DNA of 64,000 bases, taken from Patescibacteria group bacterium. Lineage in GTDB: Bacteria > Patescibacteriota > Minisyncoccia > Phycocordibacterales > UBA9973. The translations under genes were made by a program, and so were the position numbers. Within the stretch, counting starts at the first letter, position 1. The number at the start of each line of letters is the position of its first letter. Positions 38,951-48,878 of this stretch are shown here, piece after piece. Below the pieces are notes generated by a model. It made no database searches. It saw nothing but the letters and a program-made list of their open reading frames with translations, and was not told the origin of the DNA. The stretch spans positions 79,605-143,604 of the forward strand of contig JAGWUB010000002.1 of assembly GCA_028868715.1 (NCBI GenBank). Direction: 5' to 3'.

Positions 38951-40315
38951 CTAAAGCAAGTTTATGTTGGCTTGAATATTGGCTTTTAGTTTCATAACAC
39001 TTCGACTATAAGAACATGAGGATCCACCAGAACCATAATACTTACAGGCGGCTGCACTTTGAGCGCTAGTGCTAGTACCAATGGCGCCAAGATCAGTAAG
39101 GTACAATCCGGAAGCCATAAAAGCATCTTCTGGGGCCCAAGGATTAGCATAATGCCCCAAGGCAGCCTGTAGACGATCAGCAAATAGCTTCCAAGTGGAA
39201 GGAATAAATTGAGCTGGCCCCATAGCACCACCGTAGCCAGCGACACCAGCAATCGGACAAGAAACAGGAGTACGAGAAGGATCCATGCCGAGAGTATTTG
39301 TGATATCAAGAAAAGGCGGCACATCACGTGATGGTTTCATGACATTTGGAAATAGTGTCCCTGTATTTTTACCTATCCCAGCTCCGGTGGTTTGATCAGT
39401 CAAATAACATTGACCAACGTTGGCGCCGAGGTTTGATTCCTGGGTAAGAATTGCCAATAAGAATGCTGGATCTATGCCTGTCTTCCCAGCCACTTCATTG
39501 GCGTAATTGAGAGCTGTGCCAAAAGGAATACCTTGGGATATTCCAGCTAGTGGAAATAGAGCTGCCCGAATTCTATCAGCTCTAGCCTTTTTCTGAGCGG
39601 CGAGTTGTTGGTAAGCTGCTTCTTTATCTTTGGATATTGCCAAGAGCTGTTTTTTGTCAGCTTCAGACTTGGCAACAGTTGCTTGCGCACTTTGCAATTC
39701 TGCTCTTGCATCAGTTTCGGCATTTTGTTTTACTTCCAGATCCGCTTTAGCAACTTCAGTTTGTTTTTTTACGGCTCGCACGATACCAAGAGAATCTTCA
39801 ATACCTTGCTTCATTGAGGCGTATGATTCTAGGTCACTGTAAAAATCAGAGACAGTTTGATCGGAAAGAACTAGGTGCATAATGTTTCTATCGTCAAATT
39901 CATTTGTGTTTCGTAAAAGTTTGGCCAGAGATCCATGCTCTCGATCTATTTTATTTGAAAGTGTATCAATCGTCTTTACTTTTTCAGTTATATTTACTTT
40001 AAGCTGAGCAATAGCCAATGATCTTGCTTTTATTTTAGCTTGTAGGGCATTAATCTGGCTATTTAAATAATCGACATCACCCTTCAATGTGCCTGTTTGT
40101 TTCTGTTGGTCTTTTTGCTTCTGTAATAAATCTGCCAATTGGGCTTCTATTTGAACTAATTCATTTTTACAATAATCCTTGTCAGATTGACTAGAAGACG
40201 TGGTCAATTGTAAACAATCAAATACAGCATTTGCTCTAGGCGCAGTAAGCCCGAAAAATGCAAATGTTGCGAAAAAAGACGTAAACAAAAAAGTTATGAC
40301 TATTTTTTTTGTCAT
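38951..40315 (-). CDS. Secreted coiled-coil protein with C-terminal lytic transglycosylase domain
   Basis: Signal peptide, long coiled coil, AIL.QES, GAMGPAQFIPSTW. Confidence 0.8.
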   Translation of the reverse strand: MTKKIVITFLFTSFFATFAFFGLTAPRANAVFDCLQLTTSSSQSDKDYCKNELVQIEAQLADLLQKQKDQQKQTGTLKGDVDYLNSQINALQAKIKARSLAIAQLKVNITEKVKTIDTLSNKIDREHGSLAKLLRNTNEFDDRNIMHLVLSDQTVSDFYSDLESYASMKQGIEDSLGIVRAVKKQTEVAKADLEVKQNAETDARAELQSAQATVAKSEADKKQLLAISKDKEAAYQQLAAQKKARADRIRAALFPLAGISQGIPFGTALNYANEVAGKTGIDPAFLLAILTQESNLGANVGQCYLTDQTTGAGIGKNTGTLFPNVMKPSRDVPPFLDITNTLGMDPSRTPVSCPIAGVAGYGGAMGPAQFIPSTWKLFADRLQAALGHYANPWAPEDAFMASGLYLTDLGAIGTSTSAQSAAACKYYGSGGSSCSYSRSVMKLKANIQANINLL

Positions 40316-40378
40316 AACTTATATTGTATCATATTTTAGCTTGCTAGCATTATTTACTGAGTAATGCTGTAAAAATTA

Positions 40379-41029
40379 TTACGCTGGAGTACTTTCCTCT
40401 GCGGTCGTTGCATCTTCTTCCTTCTTACCTTTCTTTTCAACTTCAATTGCAGATAGGTCAACTGGTGCAGCTTCTTCTTTTTCTTCTACCTGGAGAACAA
40501 TAGATGCTACCACTTCTTCGGCAGGGGTTATTAGCGCAACTCCCGTAGGTAATTTAATATCAGAAACAAGAATTTGATCCTCGACAGTAGCTAGTTTAGA
40601 TAAATCAACAACAAGATTATGAGGTAATTCAGACGGCAAAGCTTCAACTTCAATTTCATGTAATACCTTTACGAGGTTACCCAAACCACTCTTGACCGCT
40701 CCTGAAATGCCTTCGAACTCAAGTGGTATATTGACCTGTATTTTCTTCTTCATGTCGATTACTAGAAAATCTACGTGAATTGGTTCATCGGTGATAGGAT
40801 CAACTTGCACTTCATGAATCAGCGCATCAATTTCTCCAGATGGAGAAGATATTTTTATAGGTGAAGATTCTCCAGCTTCTCGCCAAACTTTCTTGAATTC
40901 AACAGTAGAAACAGATACAGCTGTAGTTTCTTTTTTCATGCCATAAAAAACAGCTGGGATTTCCCCACCTTTTCTCAATGTATCTAGTTTTGTGCCCGCA
41001 TCCCTCTTTTTGGCTTTAATAATAAACAT
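40379..41029 (-). CDS. rplY: 50S ribosomal protein L25/Ctc
   Basis: IPAVFYG, EVQ.DP...HVDF. Confidence 0.92.
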   Translation of the reverse strand: MFIIKAKKRDAGTKLDTLRKGGEIPAVFYGMKKETTAVSVSTVEFKKVWREAGESSPIKISSPSGEIDALIHEVQVDPITDEPIHVDFLVIDMKKKIQVNIPLEFEGISGAVKSGLGNLVKVLHEIEVEALPSELPHNLVVDLSKLATVEDQILVSDIKLPTGVALITPAEEVVASIVLQVEEKEEAAPVDLSAIEVEKKGKKEEDATTAEESTPA

Positions 41030-41065
41030 AGAGCTAGTATATAGAAAAATAACAAAAAAGCAAAT

Positions 41066-42766
41066 TTAAACTTTATGATTTGCTACATGCTCTATGGCTA
41101 TATGTGAAGCTATGTATTCTTTGGAGCCACCGTCTTTTGGTGTGGCCACTTTTTTCCCAGGGTTCAAAATGTTTTTAGGGTCAAATATTTGCTTGATTTC
41201 TGCAAAAATCCTAAGTATTTTTTCTCCATACATTTTGTCTAAATAGGGCGTACGTATTAGTCCGTCATTGTGTTCAGCGGTTATAGAACCTTTATATCTG
41301 GCCACTAGATCAAAAACCTTATCGGAAAGCTCCAAAATGATCTTGGCTGCGTCAGTGCGGGTAAAGTCCATAAGCGGAATAACATGAAAGTTTCCATCCC
41401 CAGCATGCCCAGCTATGGTGTAGGTCAATTTGTATTTACCGAGAATATTATTTAGTTCAGGAATAAATTTAGGTAGAAATTCTGGACGCACGATAATATC
41501 ATCAATAAATGGAGCTGTACGCAAACCTTTTATATGTTTTCGCAGTAAAGCAAAACTTTCTCGGCGAATGTCCCAATATTTATTTGATTCAGTTTCGTTT
41601 TTCGTAATATGAACTTTCAATTTAAAGTTTTTGATTTTGTCTTCTAGATTCAAACATTGCTGGTGCACAACTTTTTCATTTTCTCCTGCAAATTCAACCA
41701 ATAAAATTAGTTTCGGAAAACCACCACTAACCATCATGAAAAATTCAGGTAAAAAGCTCCACATAAATTTTATCATCCCGACAAAACCTTTATTTTTTAA
41801 AAAGTCTGGGAAAAATTTAACTGCGAGCTTCATGGTCTTGTCGTCATAGGCCTCTACTGTCTCTGGATTGAGCGCAAGTATTTCATCCACGAGGCGACCA
41901 AGTGGGGTCAGGTCATTCATAAAAATGGCTACAAGTTTTGAATATTTTGGGTTCGGAAGAAGCTTTATAGTCATTTCAGTGACAATTCCCAGCGTCCCTT
42001 GCGAGCCGACTAGAAGTTTATTCAAGTCGAAGTAGTTCGAATCTGAACTCTGTTTTAGGACGTTCCAGATATAATATCCAGCGGCGTTTTTATGCACGTT
42101 TGGCTTGGCATGCTTGATGTCGTCCTCATTGTCAATGATTAGTTTATTAATCCTTCTGTAGATCTCACCTTCCGTCCCGCCCTGACCCATCTTTTTATTT
42201 AATTCACTTTCGGAAAGTGATTTGATGGTGTACTCATTGCCATCAGAAAAAATAACCTTGGCAGACATTATATATTCTTCCATTTTTCCATATTTCAAAG
42301 TCCTCTCTCCAGCAGAATTATTTCCATACATTCCACCCATTGCGTTTAAACTTTTGGAAGCTGTAAAACAAGGTAGAATTAATCCCTTTTTTAGTGTTAT
42401 TTTTTCAAAATCTCGGTAAAACATTCCGGGTTGGATGGTTATCTCCCATTCATCTTTAGTCTTCATAGGGAGAGGCCCACCAATCAATTTATTCATATGC
42501 CGAGTGAAATCCATAATAATCGATGCACCTATAGCCGCCCCAGACATATCTGTGCCTGCACACCTAGCAGTGATTGAAAGCTCGGGATACTTTTGTTTAT
42601 TTTCACCTACCCATTTCACTAAACTTTTTACATCTTCGGAGTCGAGTGGATAAACCACCAAAGCGGGCCGTACTTCGAGCAAACTCGCATCGTGCGAATA
42701 CTTCACAAGCGTCTCCTCGCTATCATCTACCTCCCCCTTAAAAAATTTTTGTATTTCTGATTTCAT
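41066..42766 (-). CDS. FAD-linked oxidoreductase (D-2-hydroxyacid dehydrogenase/GlcD-like)
   Basis: GSQGTLG, GHAGDGNFH, ITAEHNDG, FDP..ILNPGK. Confidence 0.85.
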   Translation of the reverse strand: MKSEIQKFFKGEVDDSEETLVKYSHDASLLEVRPALVVYPLDSEDVKSLVKWVGENKQKYPELSITARCAGTDMSGAAIGASIIMDFTRHMNKLIGGPLPMKTKDEWEITIQPGMFYRDFEKITLKKGLILPCFTASKSLNAMGGMYGNNSAGERTLKYGKMEEYIMSAKVIFSDGNEYTIKSLSESELNKKMGQGGTEGEIYRRINKLIIDNEDDIKHAKPNVHKNAAGYYIWNVLKQSSDSNYFDLNKLLVGSQGTLGIVTEMTIKLLPNPKYSKLVAIFMNDLTPLGRLVDEILALNPETVEAYDDKTMKLAVKFFPDFLKNKGFVGMIKFMWSFLPEFFMMVSGGFPKLILLVEFAGENEKVVHQQCLNLEDKIKNFKLKVHITKNETESNKYWDIRRESFALLRKHIKGLRTAPFIDDIIVRPEFLPKFIPELNNILGKYKLTYTIAGHAGDGNFHVIPLMDFTRTDAAKIILELSDKVFDLVARYKGSITAEHNDGLIRTPYLDKMYGEKILRIFAEIKQIFDPKNILNPGKKVATPKDGGSKEYIASHIAIEHVANHKV

Positions 42767-42786
42767 TTAAAATTTTTTAAAGGTAT

Positions 42787-43641
42787 TTAATTTAAATTAT
42801 TAAATAGTTTTAATCTGGCTTCCACAATTTTTTCTATAGCATCTACGGCTGGCTGGAGAATCTTGGCTGGGACTATTTCATTTTCGTTGGCTTCAATAAA
42901 TTTCTCTACGGCTTCTTTATACGCCAGCCTGATTTCTGAATTTATATGCACGATAGAAATTCCGGCTTTAATGGCATTTGTAAAGTCTTCGTCTCGGAGT
43001 CCTGAACCACCATGGAGTACAAGTGGTATGCCTACAGCTTTTTTTATTTCAGCCACACGTACAGCATCAATATGTGGCTTACCAGTTTTAATAAGTCCAT
43101 GAATACTGCCCACAGATGGAGCAAACATATCTATGCCCGTCATATCTATAAATTTTTTCGCGTCTTCTACTTTAGTTAAAACCCCAGCACCTTCAGGTAT
43201 TGCATCTTTTATGTCTGACCCTGAACCGATGTATCCGAGCTCCGCTTCCACGAGCACATCCCGGCCAGTACTGCGCGCATAGTCTACGCATTGTTTGGTA
43301 ATTTTTACATTTTCTTCAAAGCTCAATTTTGCACCATCTATGATCACTGAATCAAAGCCCATATCTATACACTTTTTTACAGAATCAAATGAAGAGTGGT
43401 GGTCGGCATTTAGAAAAATCGGGTAATCTTCCTTTTCTTTGATTGCATGTATGAGCGCATAAGCTTCCGCAATGCCCATAAACTTTTCTTCGCCTTCAGA
43501 GAGTCCGATAATTACAGGAACATTTAGTTTTTTTGCCGCATTAAAAATTGCATGAAGCGCCTCCAAATTTGAAATATTAAAGTGTCCGATCGCGACACCT
43601 TTTTCCTCTGCCTCTTTTACATATTCGCGCAGTGTTTTCAT
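42787..43641 (-). CDS. fba: Class II fructose-bisphosphate aldolase
   Basis: NADH, VEAELG, GSIHG, LVLHGGSG. Confidence 0.9.
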   Translation of the reverse strand: MKTLREYVKEAEEKGVAIGHFNISNLEALHAIFNAAKKLNVPVIIGLSEGEEKFMGIAEAYALIHAIKEKEDYPIFLNADHHSSFDSVKKCIDMGFDSVIIDGAKLSFEENVKITKQCVDYARSTGRDVLVEAELGYIGSGSDIKDAIPEGAGVLTKVEDAKKFIDMTGIDMFAPSVGSIHGLIKTGKPHIDAVRVAEIKKAVGIPLVLHGGSGLRDEDFTNAIKAGISIVHINSEIRLAYKEAVEKFIEANENEIVPAKILQPAVDAIEKIVEARLKLFNNLN

Positions 43642-43645
43642 TATT

Positions 43646-45085
43646 TTATTTTAACATTTCTTTCAGTAATTTAATAACTATTTGCGGATTTGCAGAGCCT
43701 TTAGATTCTTTAATGACTTTACCTACGAGTGACATAATGGCATTTTCCTTTCCACTCTTGTAAGAGGCGACAACTTCAGGGTTTTCGTTTATGATTTTCT
43801 GCACTATTTCTTTGAGTGTCCCCTCGTCGTGAGTTTGTAGTAAATTATTTTCCGTAGCAATTTTGAGCGGAGACTCATCTCCAAGCACAATCTTTGCCAA
43901 TATGTCTTTAGCCGTGCGAGATGAAATTTTATTTTCTGAAACAAGGTTTATCAACTCAGCGAAATTCTCTGTGCTTGGTAATTTAACCTCTGGATTAGAT
44001 TTTTTAAGACCCAGATAATCAGACGTTACATAATTTGATGCAAGTTTTATTTTTTCCTTGTCACCAAGAATTTGTGCAATATTTTCAAACCAAACACCTA
44101 AAGTAAAATCATTGATATAGCTTTCAATATCTTCATCTTTAATTCCAAAATCGTTTTTATATCGAGCGCGTTTTTGGGCAGGTAATTCTGGTAATTCAGC
44201 TTTCATTTTCTCTAGATTAAAAGCTTCATGTAACTTTAATTTTGGCAAATCTGGATCTGGAAAATATCTGTAATCTTCGGCATTTTCTTTTGAACGCTGG
44301 GAAAAGGTCTTTTGTTTACTTTCATCAAATCCCCTAGTCTCCTTTATGATTTCATTTTCCTTGCCTTCTTCCCAGAGAGCAGTCATGCGAGCCACTTCGT
44401 ACTTGATAGCTTTCTCAACACTTCTAAATGAATTTAAATTTTTAACTTCCACATACTCCGTCCATTTTTTATCTTTGTCAGGAGAAACAGAAACATTTGC
44501 CTCCACGCGCATCTCGCCTTTTTCCATGTTTGCTTCCGAGGCACCGAGGTACGACAAAATAAGCTGATATTCTTTGGCAAAATTACTTGCTGTCTTTGCG
44601 GCGAGGTCTACATCTTCAAATGTATGCGCCTCAGTCACTAGCTCCATCAAGGGTACTCCGGCTCTATTGAAATCTATCAAGGATGAATCACCTATGTGTT
44701 TATTGTTTGCTGTATCCTCTTCGAGGTGAATGCGGGTAAGCTCCATACCAGCCAAGCTTCCACCTGAGACTATGGGGTATTTATATTGTGAGATCTGATA
44801 TCCTTTAGGAATGTCTGGGTAAAAATAATTTTTACGATCAAACTCTGTGAAGTCCGCTATTTTTGAGCCTAAAGCTAGTCCAACTTTGATAACTTGCTCG
44901 ACGGCTTTTTTATTGATGACGGGCAGAGCTCCCGGGTGCGCCATGCAGACTGGGCAGATGTTTACATTTGGCTTGGTTTCATTGGGATCGTTCGAACAGC
45001 TACAAAACATCTTTGTCTGTGTCTTTAGCTCCGCATGTATTTCAAGACCAATAGTTACGTAATACTTTCCTGATTCTCTTTGCAT
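43646..45085 (-). CDS. gatB: Asp/Glu-tRNA amidotransferase subunit B
   Basis: IGLEIH, FDRKNYFYPD, NRAGVPL.E, EVKNLNS, YRYFPDPDL. Confidence 0.96.
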   Translation of the reverse strand: MQRESGKYYVTIGLEIHAELKTQTKMFCSCSNDPNETKPNVNICPVCMAHPGALPVINKKAVEQVIKVGLALGSKIADFTEFDRKNYFYPDIPKGYQISQYKYPIVSGGSLAGMELTRIHLEEDTANNKHIGDSSLIDFNRAGVPLMELVTEAHTFEDVDLAAKTASNFAKEYQLILSYLGASEANMEKGEMRVEANVSVSPDKDKKWTEYVEVKNLNSFRSVEKAIKYEVARMTALWEEGKENEIIKETRGFDESKQKTFSQRSKENAEDYRYFPDPDLPKLKLHEAFNLEKMKAELPELPAQKRARYKNDFGIKDEDIESYINDFTLGVWFENIAQILGDKEKIKLASNYVTSDYLGLKKSNPEVKLPSTENFAELINLVSENKISSRTAKDILAKIVLGDESPLKIATENNLLQTHDEGTLKEIVQKIINENPEVVASYKSGKENAIMSLVGKVIKESKGSANPQIVIKLLKEMLK

Positions 45086-45115
45086 ATCAATATGATATCA
45101 TATTTAATAGATTTT

Positions 45116-46132
45116 TTAAGCTTTTTTCAAAATCTTAATCAATTCGTCACTGAAATTCTTTACCATTTTATCATCAAAAAGAGATAGAACGAAGACCTTC
45201 TTTCCGCTGTCTAATTTTTTGAATTCGGCTAATTTTTTGGCAATAATTTTAGGATCAGAAATTACATCACTCTTAGTAAGAATTATAATTTCTTCTTTCT
45301 CTGACAGACCATCCTCACCCAATCCTAAATCTTTATCATATTTTTTTAATTCTTTACGAATTTCTTTATATACCTTCATCATGCCGGTTGTACCTTTGGA
45401 TAAATTTTCAAAAGAAACCAGGTGTGCCAGCATTTTAGTGCGTTTGATGTGTCGTAAAAATTTTACTCCAAGCCCTTTACCTTCTGAAGCACCTTCAATG
45501 ATCCCAGGAATGTCCGCAATAATGTATTTATAAAAATCTCCTAGATTTGGATCAAGTGTAGTAAATTCGTAGTCGCCTACTCGTGCCTGCGCATTGGTCA
45601 AGGCATTCAAAAGCGAGGATTTACCGGCATTCGGAAGTCCAATAAGTCCAATATCTGCAAAAAGTTCCAACTCAATTTTAAAATTTCCTTTTTCTCCTTC
45701 TTCTCCGGGACGCCATTCTTTGGGAGTGGTATTAGTAGAACTTTTAAAATGCTCATTACCAAAACCGCCATAGCCACCCTTTAATATTTTTATTTTCTCT
45801 CCTTCTTTGGTAAGTTGCCATTTCTCATCAGTATCTAGATTGGTAATAATAGAGCCGAGTGGTAATTCTAAAAAGAAGTCCTCACCGTTGGCACCATGCA
45901 AGCTTTTATTTCCTCCATCCCCACCACGCCCAGCGACAAAGCTTTTCTTGGCTTTGTACTTTGAAAGAATATGAACATCTCGTACTCCTTGTACATAAAA
46001 GTCTCCACCACGCCCAGCATCACCGCCAGCAGGCCCGCCTTTAGGTATAAATTTCTCCTGACGCCAACGTACCACGCCGTCGCCACCGCGCCCAGCCTCC
46101 GCATATATAGTTATTTCATCAATGAATGCCAT
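45116..46132 (-). CDS. obgE: GTPase ObgE
   Basis: Gly-rich Obg fold, GLPNAGKS, DIPG. Confidence 0.95.
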   Translation of the reverse strand: MAFIDEITIYAEAGRGGDGVVRWRQEKFIPKGGPAGGDAGRGGDFYVQGVRDVHILSKYKAKKSFVAGRGGDGGNKSLHGANGEDFFLELPLGSIITNLDTDEKWQLTKEGEKIKILKGGYGGFGNEHFKSSTNTTPKEWRPGEEGEKGNFKIELELFADIGLIGLPNAGKSSLLNALTNAQARVGDYEFTTLDPNLGDFYKYIIADIPGIIEGASEGKGLGVKFLRHIKRTKMLAHLVSFENLSKGTTGMMKVYKEIRKELKKYDKDLGLGEDGLSEKEEIIILTKSDVISDPKIIAKKLAEFKKLDSGKKVFVLSLFDDKMVKNFSDELIKILKKA

Positions 46133-46134
46133 AT

Positions 46135-47043
46135 TTAAGACTCTACAGCAATTTGCGCTAATTTGATAGCTCCCTCCTTAGATTTGGCTACAACTAGAAA
46201 TAATGCTCGATGGCAAAACACAGCGTCGGGCACTCCAGTAATTTTCTGTAATTCTTCATCTCTTTGTCCCGCCCAAGAGGCAGGAAAGTTTTTTCGATTT
46301 TCAAAACTTTTTGGATTTTTTCGAACTGCCCTTATTCCCCAAGTCGTATCTGGTCTAGGATAAATGATAAAAATGGGTTCAGCTAGTTTATATAAAATAC
46401 TATCAAATGGATAATGAGTATCTAAGGTAAGAATTCTTTTATCTTCAGTATTGTTGTAAATAGCAGTGACTTTCTCTTCTGCCTCAAACAGATCTTTCGC
46501 CAAAATTACTTCTCTTTTTAAAATATTTTTGGCAATCTCTACTCCTTCTAAAAAAACTTTATCTATTTCTAGATTTTCTTCGTTCCACGTTGGTTGCATA
46601 GAAGAAAAATAGTCTTGGATTGTATATGGTGATATATTTTCAAATTTATTAGTAAAAATATCAATCCCGTTGTCGGGGCCATCTATCGGCGCAACTAATC
46701 TTTTTCTTATATTATCTGCAACCTTTTGACTACCACAAATTTCTGCACCAAATTTTTTCCAAACCAATCCAAAAGAAGAGTACTCAATTCCACTCTCGTC
46801 TGCTCCAGCGCCACCAATTTGATGATGGTCAAACCTATTTTTAGCCTCGTCATATATTCCTCCAACGTCATAGACATAATCTCCATTTTCTATAATTTCT
46901 GGATCTCGAGTGCGGATAACCTCAAATTTTTGATTTTGTTTTTCCAAGACAAAAGACAACACAGCGGTGGCAAAGATGTCATCCGAGTGAAAGCCTCCGT
47001 TGTGGGTTATTAATTTTTTGATTGATTCTTTGTTTTCTTGCAT
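46135..47043 (-). CDS. MYG1 family exonuclease (start uncertain, probably MQENK)
   Basis: THNG.FHSDD, DVGG..D....FDHHQ, FCH. Confidence 0.88.
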   Translation of the reverse strand: MQENKESIKKLITHNGGFHSDDIFATAVLSFVLEKQNQKFEVIRTRDPEIIENGDYVYDVGGIYDEAKNRFDHHQIGGAGADESGIEYSSFGLVWKKFGAEICGSQKVADNIRKRLVAPIDGPDNGIDIFTNKFENISPYTIQDYFSSMQPTWNEENLEIDKVFLEGVEIAKNILKREVILAKDLFEAEEKVTAIYNNTEDKRILTLDTHYPFDSILYKLAEPIFIIYPRPDTTWGIRAVRKNPKSFENRKNFPASWAGQRDEELQKITGVPDAVFCHRALFLVVAKSKEGAIKLAQIAVES

Positions 47044-47047
47044 AAAT

Positions 47048-47638
47048 TTAAGTGTTTTCAAATACATCATACAGCAAAGAGATAAGTTTATCTAATAGGA
47101 AGAATAGTATTATAAAAATAATTATCACCAGAGAAAATTCACTAATCCTCCTACTTACATGAAGTGCGGCATAGCTAAAAAAGTAACCCAAGGAAAGCAT
47201 AAATGGCACCCAAAGAACAGTAGACAACAATTCAGCCCTGAGATAAGTTTTGAAATTTATTTTTTGATAACCGGAGAAGACAATTACCAGATGGTTTAAT
47301 CCAATTATGAATTTTGAAATAAAGATAGACCAAAATGGTTTTTGGTTAAAGCGAGGCATTATTGAAAAAACCTTTTTTTCAATATATTGGAAAAATTTAC
47401 TATTTTCAAACTTATTTCTTAAAAATCCACCCAAGGAATACCCGAGAAAAGTTTTAGTCATACCACCAAAAAAGATAAGTAGGAAACAAATCCAAAAATT
47501 AAGCGCTCCAAGTAGAATCAGGATACCAGCGGAAATGGCAATGATCTCTCCCTCAATTATGGTGACTAAGAAAATTACTAAATAAGCTAATTCTTTATTG
47601 TGTTCTATGAGACGACTAAGGGCGTGTACTGTATACAT
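47048..47638 (-). CDS. DedA/VTT family membrane protein
   Basis: IEGE...AG, SKFI.G; hydrophobic. Confidence 0.7.
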   Translation of the reverse strand: MYTVHALSRLIEHNKELAYLVIFLVTIIEGEIIAISAGILILLGALNFWICFLLIFFGGMTKTFLGYSLGGFLRNKFENSKFFQYIEKKVFSIMPRFNQKPFWSIFISKFIIGLNHLVIVFSGYQKINFKTYLRAELLSTVLWVPFMLSLGYFFSYAALHVSRRISEFSLVIIIFIILFFLLDKLISLLYDVFENT

Positions 47639-47643
47639 AAGTT

Positions 47644-48093
47644 TTAAAGGAGCGAATCGACTACTTCTTTCACCAAAGCTCCGTCTGCCTTCCCTTTTAG
47701 ATCCTTCATGACTGCCGACATTAACATCCCCTTTTTGGCTGCATCAGTAATATTGAGTTCTGCTTTTTTAGCTTCGGCAATTTTTAAGATTTCATCCTTC
47801 CCCATCAATTTCGGCAAAAAAGTTTCTAAGACATTAAGCTGATCTTGTTCCTCTTTTACTAGATCGGATCTGCCACCCTTGGTGTATTGTTCTATAGAGT
47901 CCTTTCTCTGCTTTCCGAGACGAGCAATGACACCAATTGCCTCATCATCTGTTAATAATTCATTTGGCTTTTTGCCTTTAGCTACCAGTTCATTCGTAAA
48001 AGCAGCTGACATTGCCCTATATGTCTCTAACTTTATGGTATCCTTTGCCATCATAGCTTCTTTTATTCCGTTTTTTATTTGTTCATGAAGCAT
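47644..48093 (-). CDS. GatB/YqeY domain protein
   Basis: K.AM.AKD, KQRKDSIEQY..GGR.DL, G..M..V...LKGKADG. Confidence 0.9.
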   Translation of the reverse strand: MLHEQIKNGIKEAMMAKDTIKLETYRAMSAAFTNELVAKGKKPNELLTDDEAIGVIARLGKQRKDSIEQYTKGGRSDLVKEEQDQLNVLETFLPKLMGKDEILKIAEAKKAELNITDAAKKGMLMSAVMKDLKGKADGALVKEVVDSLL

Positions 48094-48096
48094 TTA

Positions 48097-48121
48097 AGTA
48101 AATCAGCATTGCTGACTTACT
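48097..48121. promoter_or_regulatory. 25-bp palindrome between divergent genes
   Basis: agtaa-a-tcagca-t-tgctga-c-ttact. Confidence 0.45.
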
Positions 48122-48152
48122 CATATTACCAAATATATGGTAAAATAGCACT

Positions 48153-48878
48153 ATGAATAAAATTATCTTCTTCGATACCGAGACCACTGGCAACACCGAA
48201 AAGGACTTTTTGGTTCAGTTGGCGTATAAATATGACGATCATAAATTTACTGCTCTATATAAACCACCAATAAAAATTCCACCTGAAGCTTCAGCTATAC
48301 ACCACATAACCAACAAAATGGTAGTGGACAAACCCACCTTCAAAGAAAGCACCGATCAACCTAAAATTAAAGAACTTTTTGAAGATGAAAATTCTGTCGT
48401 GGTAGCCCACAATGCACCCTTTGACTTGGCGGTAATGAAAAAAGAGGGTATTGAGCCTAAAAATTTTATTTGCACACTCCGACTTATCAGACATCTAGAC
48501 AAAGACGAAAAAATTGATAAGTATAATTTGCAATATTTACGATACCTACTCGACCTCGACGTAGAGGCTGTAGCCCATGACGCCATGGGAGATGTGCTCG
48601 TGCTCGAAAAATTTTTTGAGAGACTAAAAAATATGATGCAAAAAGAATTAGGAGGAGAAAATTTGAGCGAAGATGAGATAATAAATAAAATGGTAGAAAT
48701 TTCATCACATCCTTCCTTGTTGCATACTTTTAAATTTGGAAAATATAATGGCAAGAGATTAGAGGAAGTGATAAAAATTGACCGAGGATACTTACAGTGG
48801 CTCTTGGATCAAAAATTAAATGGCGATGGTATTGATGAAGATTGGATTTATACGTTAAAACATTATTTAGAAAAATAA
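48153..48878 (+). CDS. DEDDh 3'-5' exonuclease (ExoX-like, with FGKY C-terminal domain)
   Basis: DTETTG, AHNA.FD, H.A..D, FGKY.G...Y..WL. Confidence 0.85.
   Translation: MNKIIFFDTETTGNTEKDFLVQLAYKYDDHKFTALYKPPIKIPPEASAIHHITNKMVVDKPTFKESTDQPKIKELFEDENSVVVAHNAPFDLAVMKKEGIEPKNFICTLRLIRHLDKDEKIDKYNLQYLRYLLDLDVEAVAHDAMGDVLVLEKFFERLKNMMQKELGGENLSEDEIINKMVEISSHPSLLHTFKFGKYNGKRLEEVIKIDRGYLQWLLDQKLNGDGIDEDWIYTLKHYLEK

Noticed and set aside
39322-39333. catcacgtgatg as a possible parS
   Set aside because: Only the core matches; the flanks differ from TGTTTCACGTGAAACA and it lies within a CDS
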